IMG/VR virus record: IMGVR_UViG_3300042387_002331
Origin: a virus
DNA: 64,000 bases
Strand: one strand, 5' to 3'
The notes beneath the pieces were generated by a model. The model saw nothing but the letters and a program-made list of their open reading frames with translations, was not told the origin of the DNA and did no database searches. Below, piece after piece: positions 51,852 through 61,296 of the stretch. The position numbers and the translations under genes are program-made. The first letter of the stretch is position 1. Each line of letters opens with the position of its first letter.

Positions 51852-52201
51852 TGGTAAATACAGGTAATCTATTGATAGGGATATTTTTTGGTTTTTTAGC
51901 TCAAATAGCTACATTTTACCAATTGCAAGGCCCTATGAAATATGAATGGTTCAAAAACCATTACTGGTTAACAGTGCTAATGGGAATACCTATTTCAATG
52001 CTATTCATGTTTTCAGTAAAACATATGATTCTAGCATTTGGTGGTCAAATGTGGCCATCACGTTTAATTGGATTCAGCATTGGTGCAATGGTGTTCACAT
52101 ACATGAGTTGGACATTATTTAACGAGCCATTAACATTAAAAACATTTGTTTGCTTAATGTTAGCACTTGGAATATTGATGGTTCAACTTTTTTGGAAATA
52201 A
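51851..52201 (+). CDS. Four-TM SMR/DMT-like membrane protein
   Basis: 116 aa, four hydrophobic helices, FNEPLT motif. Confidence 0.6.
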   Translation: MVNTGNLLIGIFFGFLAQIATFYQLQGPMKYEWFKNHYWLTVLMGIPISMLFMFSVKHMILAFGGQMWPSRLIGFSIGAMVFTYMSWTLFNEPLTLKTFVCLMLALGILMVQLFWK

Positions 52202-52220
52202 AATAAATAAATAAAAAAAC

Positions 52221-52439
52221 ATGAATAGAGTAAAAAACATTTTAGTAGAATTTAGTGCTATTGTAACAGTAGGAGTAGCAGCACTTTTAATTTCTTCATT
52301 TTTAAAGGAAGAAGTAACATTGTTTACAATGGGATTAGGTATGGTAGGATTTTTAATGCTACTGCCTGCTCAAGAACATTATGTTGAAGCATTTAAACAG
52401 ATTTTTAAAAGAAAAGTTGATAAAAATTTGGAGAACTAA
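52221..52439 (+). CDS. Two-TM membrane protein
   Basis: Hydrophobic helices. Confidence 0.55.
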   Translation: MNRVKNILVEFSAIVTVGVAALLISSFLKEEVTLFTMGLGMVGFLMLLPAQEHYVEAFKQIFKRKVDKNLEN

Positions 52440-52502
52440 AAAAGCTTTCGTATATTGAAAGTAAGAAAAAAGAAAAGAAAGTTAAATTAAAAAAAAGTAG
52501 TT

Positions 52503-53312
52503 ATGTTAGATTTAAGCCAAGACAGTTTTTTGACAATGAGTGAAGTTAGACAACGCGCTAAGTCAATTTTTACAGAAACAGCCGCTCCAACGGTTTCAGA
52601 CAAATTTACCCACATTCCAACCAATCGAGTGATTGAAGATATGGAACAATTAGGATGGGGTGTAGTTGATGCCAAAGAGGTAAAAGCTAGAAAAGAAGGA
52701 ACAAAAGGATTCCAAAAACACTTAGTTGTATTCCGCAACCCAGATGTAGTAATTAATGGTTCTGACGGTGATACAGTATTTCCACAAATCCTATTAACAA
52801 ATTCAAACGATGGAAAAAATGCGTTTACGTTTACAGCGGGTTTATTCCGTATGGTATGTGAAAATGGTTTGGTTATTTCAACTGAGCAGTTCAATGATGT
52901 AAAAATGCGTCACATGGGTTACACATTTGAGGAATTGCAAGTGCAAATTCGTGAAATGGTTGAGCAGTTGCCTTTGACAGTTGAGTCAATGAACAAAATG
53001 AAAGAAATTAAGTTGGACGAGGAACAAGCAAAAGAGCTTGCTAAAAAAGCATTGACAACTCGTTTCACAGAAGATCAAGTTGAAGCTATGAACATTAACC
53101 TAGATGAACTACTTGCACCAACACGTAAAGAAGATGAAGGTAGTGATTTATGGTCAGTATTTAACGTGATTCAAGAAAAGATATTAGATGGTAGTTTTTC
53201 ATACATGACAGGTGCTAAAATTAGAAAAGCACGTAAAGTGAAGAATTTCAAACAAGACATGGAAATCAACCAAAAATTATTTGCAATGGCAGCTGAATTT
53301 ATAGCTGCCTAA
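52503..53312 (+). CDS. DUF932/DUF945-family protein (second paralog)
   Basis: SDKFTHIPT, NSNDG, AGLFRMVCENG, RH.G, DLWSVFNVIQE. Confidence 0.85.
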   Translation: MLDLSQDSFLTMSEVRQRAKSIFTETAAPTVSDKFTHIPTNRVIEDMEQLGWGVVDAKEVKARKEGTKGFQKHLVVFRNPDVVINGSDGDTVFPQILLTNSNDGKNAFTFTAGLFRMVCENGLVISTEQFNDVKMRHMGYTFEELQVQIREMVEQLPLTVESMNKMKEIKLDEEQAKELAKKALTTRFTEDQVEAMNINLDELLAPTRKEDEGSDLWSVFNVIQEKILDGSFSYMTGAKIRKARKVKNFKQDMEINQKLFAMAAEFIAA

Positions 53313-53378
53313 GCAAAAAATCGTCGCAAGTAGAACCGACGGCCGCGTAAAGGTGCCGCTACTATAAAATTCGGGGTA

Positions 53379-53496
53379 AGTCAGGTGGCGGAATGGTAGA
53401 CGCATTGGATGGTTATAGCACCAAGGGTAAAAAAGCACACTGCGTGTGGTCACTATAATGGCAGCCCAAATACAGGTTCAAATCCTGTCCTGACTT
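53379..53496 (+). ncRNA. tRNA-like RNA 1 (118 nt) with expanded anticodon/variable region
   Basis: Acceptor AGTCAGG/CCTGACT, D arm GCGGAATGGTAGACGC, T arm ACAGG TTCAAAT CCTGT. Confidence 0.7.
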
Positions 53497-53590
53497 CAAA
53501 GTGTTGTTCCCTTGAGAAAGGAATATAAGTAAACAGCAACTAATAACTTAAAAGATAGTTGCCAACACAGAGGATTTCTCATCCTCATAT

Positions 53591-53673
53591 AGTCAGGTGG
53601 TGTAATGTAACACGGTCCTAATTTAATATGGTGAATACCAGGGCTAGTGCAGGTTCGAGTCCTGCCCTGACTA
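53591..53673 (+). ncRNA. tRNA-like RNA 2 (83 nt) with ~20-nt anticodon loop
   Basis: Same acceptor AGTCAGG/CCTGACT, D arm GTGT/ACAC, T arm GCAGG TTCGAGT CCTGC. Confidence 0.7.
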
Positions 53674-53706
53674 CGCTGCTCTTCATAACAGTAGTTTTCT
53701 TTTTAC

Positions 53707-53736
53707 CCTGCCTCACGAAAGTGGGGCAGGTTTTTC
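53707..53736 (+). terminator. Intrinsic terminator
   Basis: cctgcctcac gaaa gtggggcagg ttttt. Confidence 0.8.
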
Positions 53737-53797
53737 TAAAAAGGAATAGTTTGAGCAAAAGAAATTTCGTATATTGAAGTAAATTAAAGAGAGAACA

Positions 53798-54037
53798 ATG
53801 AAACAGACAGCAGTAGAGTGGTTGATTGACCAGTTAGTAACAGGAAACGAAGTTACTTTAAAAGGCGAGAATTATAAGCTATTTGACCAAGCCAAAGAAA
53901 TGGAAATAAATCAACACAATGAAACTTGGGATGTAGCACATCAAGCAGGTAGATTTGAAGGTAAAGGCATTGCTGAAAAAGATTGGCAAACATTTGAAGG
54001 ATATTGGGAAGAAAACTTTAAACAACAAGAACAATGA
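53798..54037 (+). CDS. Hypothetical protein (KQTAVEWL type)
   Basis: Class B cassette. Confidence 0.6.
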   Translation: MKQTAVEWLIDQLVTGNEVTLKGENYKLFDQAKEMEINQHNETWDVAHQAGRFEGKGIAEKDWQTFEGYWEENFKQQEQ

Positions 54038-54270
54038 AAACAGCAATGCAAGAACATATTGAGTGGCTCAAGGCAACGTTAGACATATGCAAAGAGCATG
54101 CACCAAGTTTAGTAAATTGTTTAGAATTGTGTATAAACGATGCTGAGTCTAAGTTAGAAATGGAGAAAGAGCAGATGATTGATTTTGCAGAAAATTATGA
54201 GATGTGGGAAAGTGAAAATTACCCGAGAAAAACATTTGAACAATACTACAACGAAACATATGGAAAATAA
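54034..54270 (+). CDS. Hypothetical protein related to the previous ORF
   Basis: Shares TA..EWL, EME..Q and TFE.Y..E. Confidence 0.6.
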   Translation: MKTAMQEHIEWLKATLDICKEHAPSLVNCLELCINDAESKLEMEKEQMIDFAENYEMWESENYPRKTFEQYYNETYGK

Positions 54271-54433
54271 AAAATCATCAGGAGGAATAGGAATCGGAAT
54301 GGTTCTGTTCATCATATTTACAGTATTGAAATTAACAGGAAACATTGATTGGAGTTGGTGGTGGGTTACATCCCCACTTTGGATACCAGCTGTAGTACTG
54401 TTGTTGATTGTAGGTTTTATTGCTATGCTTTAG
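54260..54433 (+). CDS. Small membrane protein (LKL.G.IDWSWWWV.SPLW type)
   Basis: True start probably ATG 54260. Confidence 0.65.
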   Translation: MENKKSSGGIGIGMVLFIIFTVLKLTGNIDWSWWWVTSPLWIPAVVLLLIVGFIAML

Positions 54434-54436
54434 AAT

Positions 54437-54685
54437 ATGAATTTAGGTAGAAATAAAATAACATCCCGCATTCATCAAGGACATAACTTGAAAAAAATGG
54501 TTGGACGTGTATTGTGTAGTAATGCATTTCCAACATTTTATGGAAAATTATTGTACACAGAAAATGAACGTTGCTATTTTGAAATGATAGAAAACCCTAA
54601 ATTTACAAAATACAATGCGTGTGCAGGACAGATAGAGTATTTGTCTGAACAAGTCGTAATAACAGCAAAATTTGAAGACGAATGA
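54437..54685 (+). CDS. Hypothetical protein
   Basis: ORF. Confidence 0.55.
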   Translation: MNLGRNKITSRIHQGHNLKKMVGRVLCSNAFPTFYGKLLYTENERCYFEMIENPKFTKYNACAGQIEYLSEQVVITAKFEDE

Positions 54686-54960
54686 AAAAATTTGCAACAG
54701 TAGTAGATAAAGATATGTGGCATGATGGTTTCCAAATCACATTTGGAAATGGTTGTACCATTAGCGTTATATTTGGAAAATCATCATATTCAGATCAAGG
54801 TGAAACCACAGCTGAAGTAGCAGCATGGAACGGAGATAAAGACTGGATGCTATATTCAGATGGGAAATGGGTTGTTTTAAAAGATGGTTATGTAGAAGTA
54901 ATGCCACGTTGTACAGCAGATGAGGTAGCTGAAATGATGTTTACCTTAAGTAAGGAATAG
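54682..54960 (+). CDS. Hypothetical protein (GFQITF.NG.TISV type)
   Basis: Coupled ORF. Confidence 0.6.
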   Translation: MKKFATVVDKDMWHDGFQITFGNGCTISVIFGKSSYSDQGETTAEVAAWNGDKDWMLYSDGKWVVLKDGYVEVMPRCTADEVAEMMFTLSKE

Positions 54961-55003
54961 AGATTGTAAAATAGATTTCGTATATTCCAATAAAATTAAG
55001 AAA

Positions 55004-55516
55004 ATGGCAAGAGTTTTTTTCATAGCAGATTTACATTTAGGGCACATCAACATGGCATTGCACCGAGGTTTCTCTAGTGTAGAGGAACATGACGAATACG
55101 TAATTGCCAAATACAACAGTGTTGTTCATAAACGAGACGTTACATATATTTTAGGGGATGTGACTATGGAGAAATCATCACCATATCCACTACTTGATCG
55201 TTTAAACGGTGTAAAACATGTTGTACTAGGAAACCATGATCGCCGTCAAGACGTTAAAAAACTACTTGAACACGTTGAAAGTGTAGCTGGGATGATACAG
55301 TACAAAGGAGTAATGTTGACACATTGCCCTATTCACCCAATGGAACTTGACTATCGCTTCAACAAAAATATACATGGACACATTCATGGAAAAGTAGTGA
55401 TGATGGATGCACCAATGGCTCCATTTGAAATACCAGATGATCGCTACATTTGTGTTTCGTGTGAGCAAGTAGATTATACTCCAAAAACACTTAAGGAATT
55501 AGGTATTGAAAGATGA
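55004..55516 (+). CDS. Calcineurin-like metallophosphoesterase
   Basis: ADLHLGH, LGD, GNHD, THCP, HGHIH. Confidence 0.88.
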   Translation: MARVFFIADLHLGHINMALHRGFSSVEEHDEYVIAKYNSVVHKRDVTYILGDVTMEKSSPYPLLDRLNGVKHVVLGNHDRRQDVKKLLEHVESVAGMIQYKGVMLTHCPIHPMELDYRFNKNIHGHIHGKVVMMDAPMAPFEIPDDRYICVSCEQVDYTPKTLKELGIER

Positions 55517-55545
55517 TTTCGTATATTTAAACAAATAAAAAGGAT

Positions 55546-56151
55546 ATGATTGACAATTTAGAGCATATAAAACTATTACTTAACTTTGAAAATAAAGGTG
55601 ATTTTTATATGCTTTATGTTTTCAAACGCAAGAAAGATCAACCTGAAGGTGAGCGGGATAACCATCAATCAGTTAGAACTATTAAAACTTATTGTATTGA
55701 ATCCATTGAACATTTAGAAAACAGATACGATGAGATTAAGCAACTTTGTGAAATGTTTAAAGCAAGAGCTTACATCCATGTTCAGAAACAAAACCATAAA
55801 GATGTATCGTTGAATATGATGGTTGCTTTGGCTCAAAGAATACAAGACGGAAACCACAATCAAAAACACCTATTTGATTCAGTTGTTGGGCAGATCAAAA
55901 CTCATGAAAAACGATGGATTGTTGATATTGATAACTCTGACGAAAGTTTTGATAGAGAAATTCAAGAATATATCAATACCAAATGTAAACCATTTGGGAT
56001 GAAGATTATAGCTAATATTCCAACTAAAAATGGACATCACTTGATTACTGAAAGATTTGATGTTATGGAATTTAAAAAGCAATATCCTGAAATTGATATT
56101 CAAAAGAAAAACCCAACTCTACTTTATCTACCCTCTAGTTTAGAGGAATAG
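55546..56151 (+). CDS. Phage protein with AEP/primase-like motifs
   Basis: WIVDID and PTKNGHHLI. Confidence 0.45.
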   Translation: MIDNLEHIKLLLNFENKGDFYMLYVFKRKKDQPEGERDNHQSVRTIKTYCIESIEHLENRYDEIKQLCEMFKARAYIHVQKQNHKDVSLNMMVALAQRIQDGNHNQKHLFDSVVGQIKTHEKRWIVDIDNSDESFDREIQEYINTKCKPFGMKIIANIPTKNGHHLITERFDVMEFKKQYPEIDIQKKNPTLLYLPSSLEE

Positions 56152-56195
56152 AAATTGTAAAATAGTTTTCGTATATTTAAACAAATAAAAAGGAT

Positions 56196-56600
56196 ATGAA
56201 TTTAGAAAATTTAGACAGAGACGAGTTACTAACACTACAACAGCTAATCAATAAAGCACTTGAACAGCCAGAACCCGTAGTAAAGGATCTTGAATATATG
56301 ATCAAAGATATTATGGATGAATTTGATTTTGATCAAGTAGAACGTGCTATGGGTGCTTTAGATTGGAAATGGCGAGGTGAAATGCCTACCATCTATGATT
56401 TAAGAGAAACAGCAGAACGTTTATTGCGAGGTGCTGCTGCAAGTAGATTAGGTGATTATAAAGGTACTCACCATGAAATACCAATTTTAAATGGTACAGG
56501 TGGTTTTGAAGCAAAAGCATGGTGTGATGAAAGTAAAACTAAAATTACAGGATTGCAATTAGACTTTATAGTAACAAGTTGGGATTCAAGTATAGGCTAA
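56196..56600 (+). CDS. Hypothetical protein
   Basis: Class B cassette. Confidence 0.6.
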   Translation: MNLENLDRDELLTLQQLINKALEQPEPVVKDLEYMIKDIMDEFDFDQVERAMGALDWKWRGEMPTIYDLRETAERLLRGAAASRLGDYKGTHHEIPILNGTGGFEAKAWCDESKTKITGLQLDFIVTSWDSSIG

Positions 56601-56659
56601 GGAATAGAATACTCAAAAGAAATTTCGTATATTGATTGTATAAAAAAGAAATAAAAGTT

Positions 56660-57433
56660 ATGGAAAATACAGAAAACATTAAAGACCCAAACCAATTAGA
56701 TTTATTTGCAGGTATATTGTTGACAACTGAACAACAAGAACAAGTTGATAGGTATATTGAAAATCAAAACAAAAACATCACATTCCAAGAAAATGAGAAT
56801 CAACGAATTGAAAATATGCTCATTGAAGCAGGATTTATCAAAGGTGTTCATTACAAAAATGATTTTAAATCATCCATCAACACACGTAAAGTAACATTAG
56901 GTTATAGTTACAATAAAACTCAATTTGAAGTTGAAGTTACAGCAAAGTTCTATACAGGTGGGATTAGTTTGTTAGGTAAACGTTTTGATACAACCACTAA
57001 GGAATTAAAAAATGCTTCATTTTCATTTGATGTTCAACGAGACAAAATACAATCATGGACTATTCAAGATCAATCTCGTTATGTTAAACCAAAAACATTA
57101 TTAACCAAATTGTTGGAACATAATGAAAAAGAAAAACAACGATTCGAGGAATATAATAAATCAACTGCATTATTGAATGCTACTCTCAACAAATACAAAA
57201 CATTATACCCATCAGCTACAATTACAAGCGGACGTGACTATGCGAAGTATTATGGTTCATTTGATGTAGTTAAGGTTGAATTTGAATCAGGTAGTTTTAT
57301 TGAATTTCGAATTGATCCATACAATGATAGAGACGTTATGTTTAAGAAAAAAGATGTTGAGTATGAAGCACTGAGTATAGAGGAATTACTTGAACGATTT
57401 TCAAAACAAGCAAAAAAGGAAGCCCTCAATTAA
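56660..57433 (+). CDS. Hypothetical protein with QLDLF motif
   Basis: Class B cassette; ATG 56660. Confidence 0.65.
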   Translation: MENTENIKDPNQLDLFAGILLTTEQQEQVDRYIENQNKNITFQENENQRIENMLIEAGFIKGVHYKNDFKSSINTRKVTLGYSYNKTQFEVEVTAKFYTGGISLLGKRFDTTTKELKNASFSFDVQRDKIQSWTIQDQSRYVKPKTLLTKLLEHNEKEKQRFEEYNKSTALLNATLNKYKTLYPSATITSGRDYAKYYGSFDVVKVEFESGSFIEFRIDPYNDRDVMFKKKDVEYEALSIEELLERFSKQAKKEALN

Positions 57434-57473
57434 GAGGGCTTTCGTATATTTCAAGTAAGAAAAAGAGAAAGTT

Positions 57474-57752
57474 ATGAAAGAAATGTTAGTAGAAAAATTA
57501 GTTAAACATTACAGAACAAGCGGTTGTGATAGATATGGTCAATTAAATACCATATCAGCAAGACAAATAGCTAAAACTGATGAAGAAATGGAAGTACTAA
57601 AAGAAATAGTACAAGTTGCGTTAGTTGGTTACCAATATGGTACATACGAAGGTATATTTCCATGGGGTAAATTTAAGGACAGTAATGTAGAACAGATGTG
57701 TAAAGAAGCATTCGCTCAAAACCCATCAAGAAATAATGGTAATCATTGGTAA
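57474..57752 (+). CDS. Hypothetical protein
   Basis: Class B cassette. Confidence 0.6.
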   Translation: MKEMLVEKLVKHYRTSGCDRYGQLNTISARQIAKTDEEMEVLKEIVQVALVGYQYGTYEGIFPWGKFKDSNVEQMCKEAFAQNPSRNNGNHW

Positions 57753-57764
57753 AAAATAAAAGTT

Positions 57765-57968
57765 ATGACAGAAAAAATGCAAGAAAATCCACAAAGAGTT
57801 AAATTAGTGATTGATGTACTCAAAGATATAGAAGTGGATGGTGAAACAATGCAATGCATTCTTAAAGAAATAAAAATGGACTGGCAAATGTTAAGACAAT
57901 TAATGTTAACAATGCCAATTGAACAAGTAGAATATTTAATTGAAGAACGTAAAGATTTAGGATTATGA
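57765..57968 (+). CDS. Hypothetical protein
   Basis: aaagttATG leader. Confidence 0.55.
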   Translation: MTEKMQENPQRVKLVIDVLKDIEVDGETMQCILKEIKMDWQMLRQLMLTMPIEQVEYLIEERKDLGL

Positions 57969-58249
57969 AATTTGATTTTGAAAGAGGAAAAAAACAATTG
58001 CTAGAGTGGATGGACACTGAATTTGATTGTTCATATGGTTATACACTCCAGTATATTAAGGAAATAGATGATATAGATGATATCGAATTTGAAGTAGAAT
58101 CGTTTCGTCGATTTGAACGAGATTGGAAAGAAAAAATATCATCAATTAAAAAAGCAACTACAATGATAGAAGTGTTTGCAACATTGGTAGACACTGCTAT
58201 TGAAAATGATGATAATTTTATTATTGAACTTTTTACAACAGAACAATGA
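57965..58249 (+). CDS. Acidic hypothetical protein
   Basis: Coupled ORF. Confidence 0.55.
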   Translation: MKFDFERGKKQLLEWMDTEFDCSYGYTLQYIKEIDDIDDIEFEVESFRRFERDWKEKISSIKKATTMIEVFATLVDTAIENDDNFIIELFTTEQ

Positions 58250-58473
58250 TACCAAAAGACAAAGCAATAGAATTAGTTAACAAATATCTTGAGCTAGGTA
58301 AGGATTTTACCCGAGGTGTTTCTATGCAAGAGTTTTCAAAAGAATGTGCCTTAATTGTAGTGGATGAGATATTAAATAATTTTGGTAGTAGAGTAGGAGA
58401 TAAAATACATTATTGTAATTATTTAACTATTCAGTATTATGAAGAAGTTAAACAAGAAATAGAAAACCTTTAA
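58246..58473 (+). CDS. Hypothetical protein
   Basis: Coupled ORF. Confidence 0.55.
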   Translation: MIPKDKAIELVNKYLELGKDFTRGVSMQEFSKECALIVVDEILNNFGSRVGDKIHYCNYLTIQYYEEVKQEIENL

Positions 58474-58532
58474 ACAGAGGAATAAGCTTATTAAAAGAAA
58501 TTTCGTATATTGAATGTATAAAAAAAGAAAAC

Positions 58533-58916
58533 ATGAGTACAAGAAGTAGAATAGCAATTGAAAACGAATCAGGTATAGTAAATTCAATTTACTGTCATTT
58601 TGATGGGTATGTTGATGGTGTAGGTATAACATTATTCAAACACTACGATAAAGAAAAATTACAAAAACTAATTGAACTAGGAGATATCAGTTCATTAGGA
58701 GAATCAACTGAAGATACAGTAGCATATTGTCGTGATCGAGGTGAAGATTTACATTCAACTAGTTATTTAGATGTTGAAGGTTTGTTTGAGTTAGGTTTTG
58801 GTAGTAGTGTAGAATTTGTTTATTGTTTAAACAGAGATGGTATTTGGTTAGTATGTAGAGATGGTTATAATCGGGTAGAATTTTTAAAAGAAATGCTTGA
58901 GGAATGGGGGTTTTAA
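58533..58916 (+). CDS. Phage protein (STRS.I...YCH.DGY type)
   Basis: Class B cassette; motif recognisable from other phage early proteins. Confidence 0.7.
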   Translation: MSTRSRIAIENESGIVNSIYCHFDGYVDGVGITLFKHYDKEKLQKLIELGDISSLGESTEDTVAYCRDRGEDLHSTSYLDVEGLFELGFGSSVEFVYCLNRDGIWLVCRDGYNRVEFLKEMLEEWGF

Positions 58917-58960
58917 CATCCTTTTCGTATATTACAATAAATTAAAAAGAAATAAAAGTT

Positions 58961-59242
58961 ATGAAAAAAGCAGACATGATCAAAAAAATTCAAGAAAAAG
59001 ATGCAAAGCTATATTTGCAAACAAAACAATATGAATCACGTTTTGGAAGAGATTCAAATTTAGCCACTGCATATCGAAATGAGTGGATGGCCATTTATGA
59101 ATTGATGAAAGAATTAGATATCAAATCAGATTACAGCTTACCAGAATGGGATAAAGCAATGGAAATCATAAATGAAATGAGAATAATTGAACAATTTGAA
59201 GCCGATGATTTTGCTAAACGAGACATAGGTTATCCATTATGA
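58961..59242 (+). CDS. Hypothetical protein
   Basis: Class B cassette. Confidence 0.6.
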   Translation: MKKADMIKKIQEKDAKLYLQTKQYESRFGRDSNLATAYRNEWMAIYELMKELDIKSDYSLPEWDKAMEIINEMRIIEQFEADDFAKRDIGYPL

Positions 59243-59450
59243 AAGTAGGAGATAAAGTAACATGCTACAAATACCCCGGAACATGGACGTTAGTGTGGTA
59301 TAAAGCAGGAGATATGACGTGTGCAATACAAAACGAACGATACAGATACATTGTAAATGTTTCAAGTTTAAAGAAAGTAGAGGAATAAGCTTATTAAAAA
59401 GGCTTTCGTATATTGAGTGTATAAATAAAAAAAGAAAAAAAATAAAAGTT

Positions 59451-59786
59451 ATGAAAATTACAAACAAAACATTAATGGTAGGCTTCAATACAGAAGTAAA
59501 ATTAGGAAACAACGATGCAATTGAGTTAACATTAATCAACCAAGCATTCATCAGTGAAGGTAAAGATGGTGGTGTTGAAGTTGATTTAGAAATTGGTCTT
59601 GATTTTGCAAACATTAAGTTTTTAGGAATTGATGTTGATTCAAGTTATAAAGGGTTTAGTGAATTTAAAAAATCATTATTGAGCTTAGGTATTGATTTGG
59701 ATAAGTTGATTGATGAAAAAGAAACAGAATTAGCTAATTCAGGAATAGAAGATAAATTAAAATTAATGTTTAAAGGTAAATTTTAA
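59451..59786 (+). CDS. Hypothetical protein
   Basis: ATG 59451 after the class B promoter at 59382. Confidence 0.6.
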   Translation: MKITNKTLMVGFNTEVKLGNNDAIELTLINQAFISEGKDGGVEVDLEIGLDFANIKFLGIDVDSSYKGFSEFKKSLLSLGIDLDKLIDEKETELANSGIEDKLKLMFKGKF

Positions 59787-59846
59787 AAGGACGCCCTCTA
59801 TTAAGAGGGCTTTTGTATATTACAATAAATTAAAGAAATAAAAGTT

Positions 59847-60059
59847 ATGAAATTAGAAATCACAGATAAAGAAGTATACGAAACAAAAGTATATACTATT
59901 GAAGGAGAAAATGGTGAAGGTTATGTAGTAACTATTCACGATTCATTTATGGATTTTATTATGGATGAAGTTCAAGTAGTTGACTTTAACAACAATGAAA
60001 TTGATGATAAAGAATTGATTGATGAATTAATTACTTTAATAGAGGAATCAAATAATTAA
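59847..60059 (+). CDS. Highly acidic small protein
   Basis: Class B cassette. Confidence 0.6.
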   Translation: MKLEITDKEVYETKVYTIEGENGEGYVVTIHDSFMDFIMDEVQVVDFNNNEIDDKELIDELITLIEESNN

Positions 60060-60100
60060 AAGAAAAATCGTATATTACAATAAATTAAAAAAAGAAAAAT

Positions 60101-60445
60101 ATGAAAAAAGTAGAATTAGTAGCACAATTAGAAGCAGCAAAAGCATTATCATCACAAGTTGATATTGATAAAGTAATAGCATTGATAAATGGATTAGATG
60201 ATGTTAATACAGTAACAAAACTAAGTGAAGAATTGATTAATGAATTATCAAATGAAATTGAACGAGTATTAGAGTATAATTGTGATGATTTAGTTAATAA
60301 AGATGATGTTGAGTTTTCTATTAACTATGGAAACGTAATTGAAGTAGATAGTGCACAAATAGATGTTTATGAAACAATGAGTCATATCAATGCAGTGTTG
60401 CAACAATTTGAACTTGAAGATAAAGTAGAGGACGAAGATAAGTAA
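60101..60445 (+). CDS. Highly acidic protein
   Basis: Class B cassette. Confidence 0.6.
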   Translation: MKKVELVAQLEAAKALSSQVDIDKVIALINGLDDVNTVTKLSEELINELSNEIERVLEYNCDDLVNKDDVEFSINYGNVIEVDSAQIDVYETMSHINAVLQQFELEDKVEDEDK

Positions 60446-61128
60446 AAAAGCTTTCGTATATTGAATGTATAAATTAAGAAAATAAAAAGAAAAGTTATGA
60501 GTAAATTAAATGATTTTGAAAAGTTTCTAATCAATGATGGATTAGATAAAGTACAAGAAAACATGATTGCTGAAATTGAAAAAGTAGAACAGAGTGGAAA
60601 AATGCCTATTATGACTGCAGGTTTTGTAAAAATGACTATTAGGGATTTGAAATTGAAATTAAAATTGAATAAATAAGGTTATGAGCTACACAGCAAAACA
60701 AATTGATAACATGTCAATTGAAGCCATTGAAGAACTAGCCAATACATTAACCGAAAAAGAATTAAGTAAATGGTGTGGAAGTGGTTATAGTGGAAAGTGT
60801 TATATTGAAATAATTAAAAATAGATAATATGAAAGAATTAGATTTTTATATATATGCATTTAGTGATGGCACAACAGCGCCATTTGAAATAAATGGGAAA
60901 CAAGTTATAGGGATTTGGTTTGTATATTCAAAATAAAAGTTATGAAAGACATACATTTTACAGATGAACAAGGTAATGAATACTTTGTTATGGTTAGAGA
61001 GGAAAAAGTAATAGTATTTAAAAATAAAACCCAAATAGAAGATGTAAGGTTTTATGTAGATGAATTAACTGAGGGAATAGAAAATATAAAATAGAGATCG
61101 TATATCCCAGATAAATAAAATAAGACAG

Positions 61129-61296
61129 ATGACAATAAAAGAATTATCAGACAATGAATTGACATTACTAAGTTCATTGGTAAAACAAAATAAAGATAAA
61201 CTGAAAGAAATCATCACTGGAGCAAATAAGGTGAATGATGTTAGAACAGGACGTTTAATAGAAATCGTCAAATTAGCAATGGAAATTAAATCGTAA
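61129..61296 (+). CDS. Small hypothetical protein (not in ORF track)
   Basis: ATG after the class B promoter at 61074. Confidence 0.45.
   Translation: MTIKELSDNELTLLSSLVKQNKDKLKEIITGANKVNDVRTGRLIEIVKLAMEIKS

Noticed and set aside
53591-53673. Ochre suppressor tRNA (TTA) or genetic-code reassignment
   Set aside because: No 5-bp stem with a 7-nt loop forms around TTA, and genes are intact under the standard code with all three stops used.
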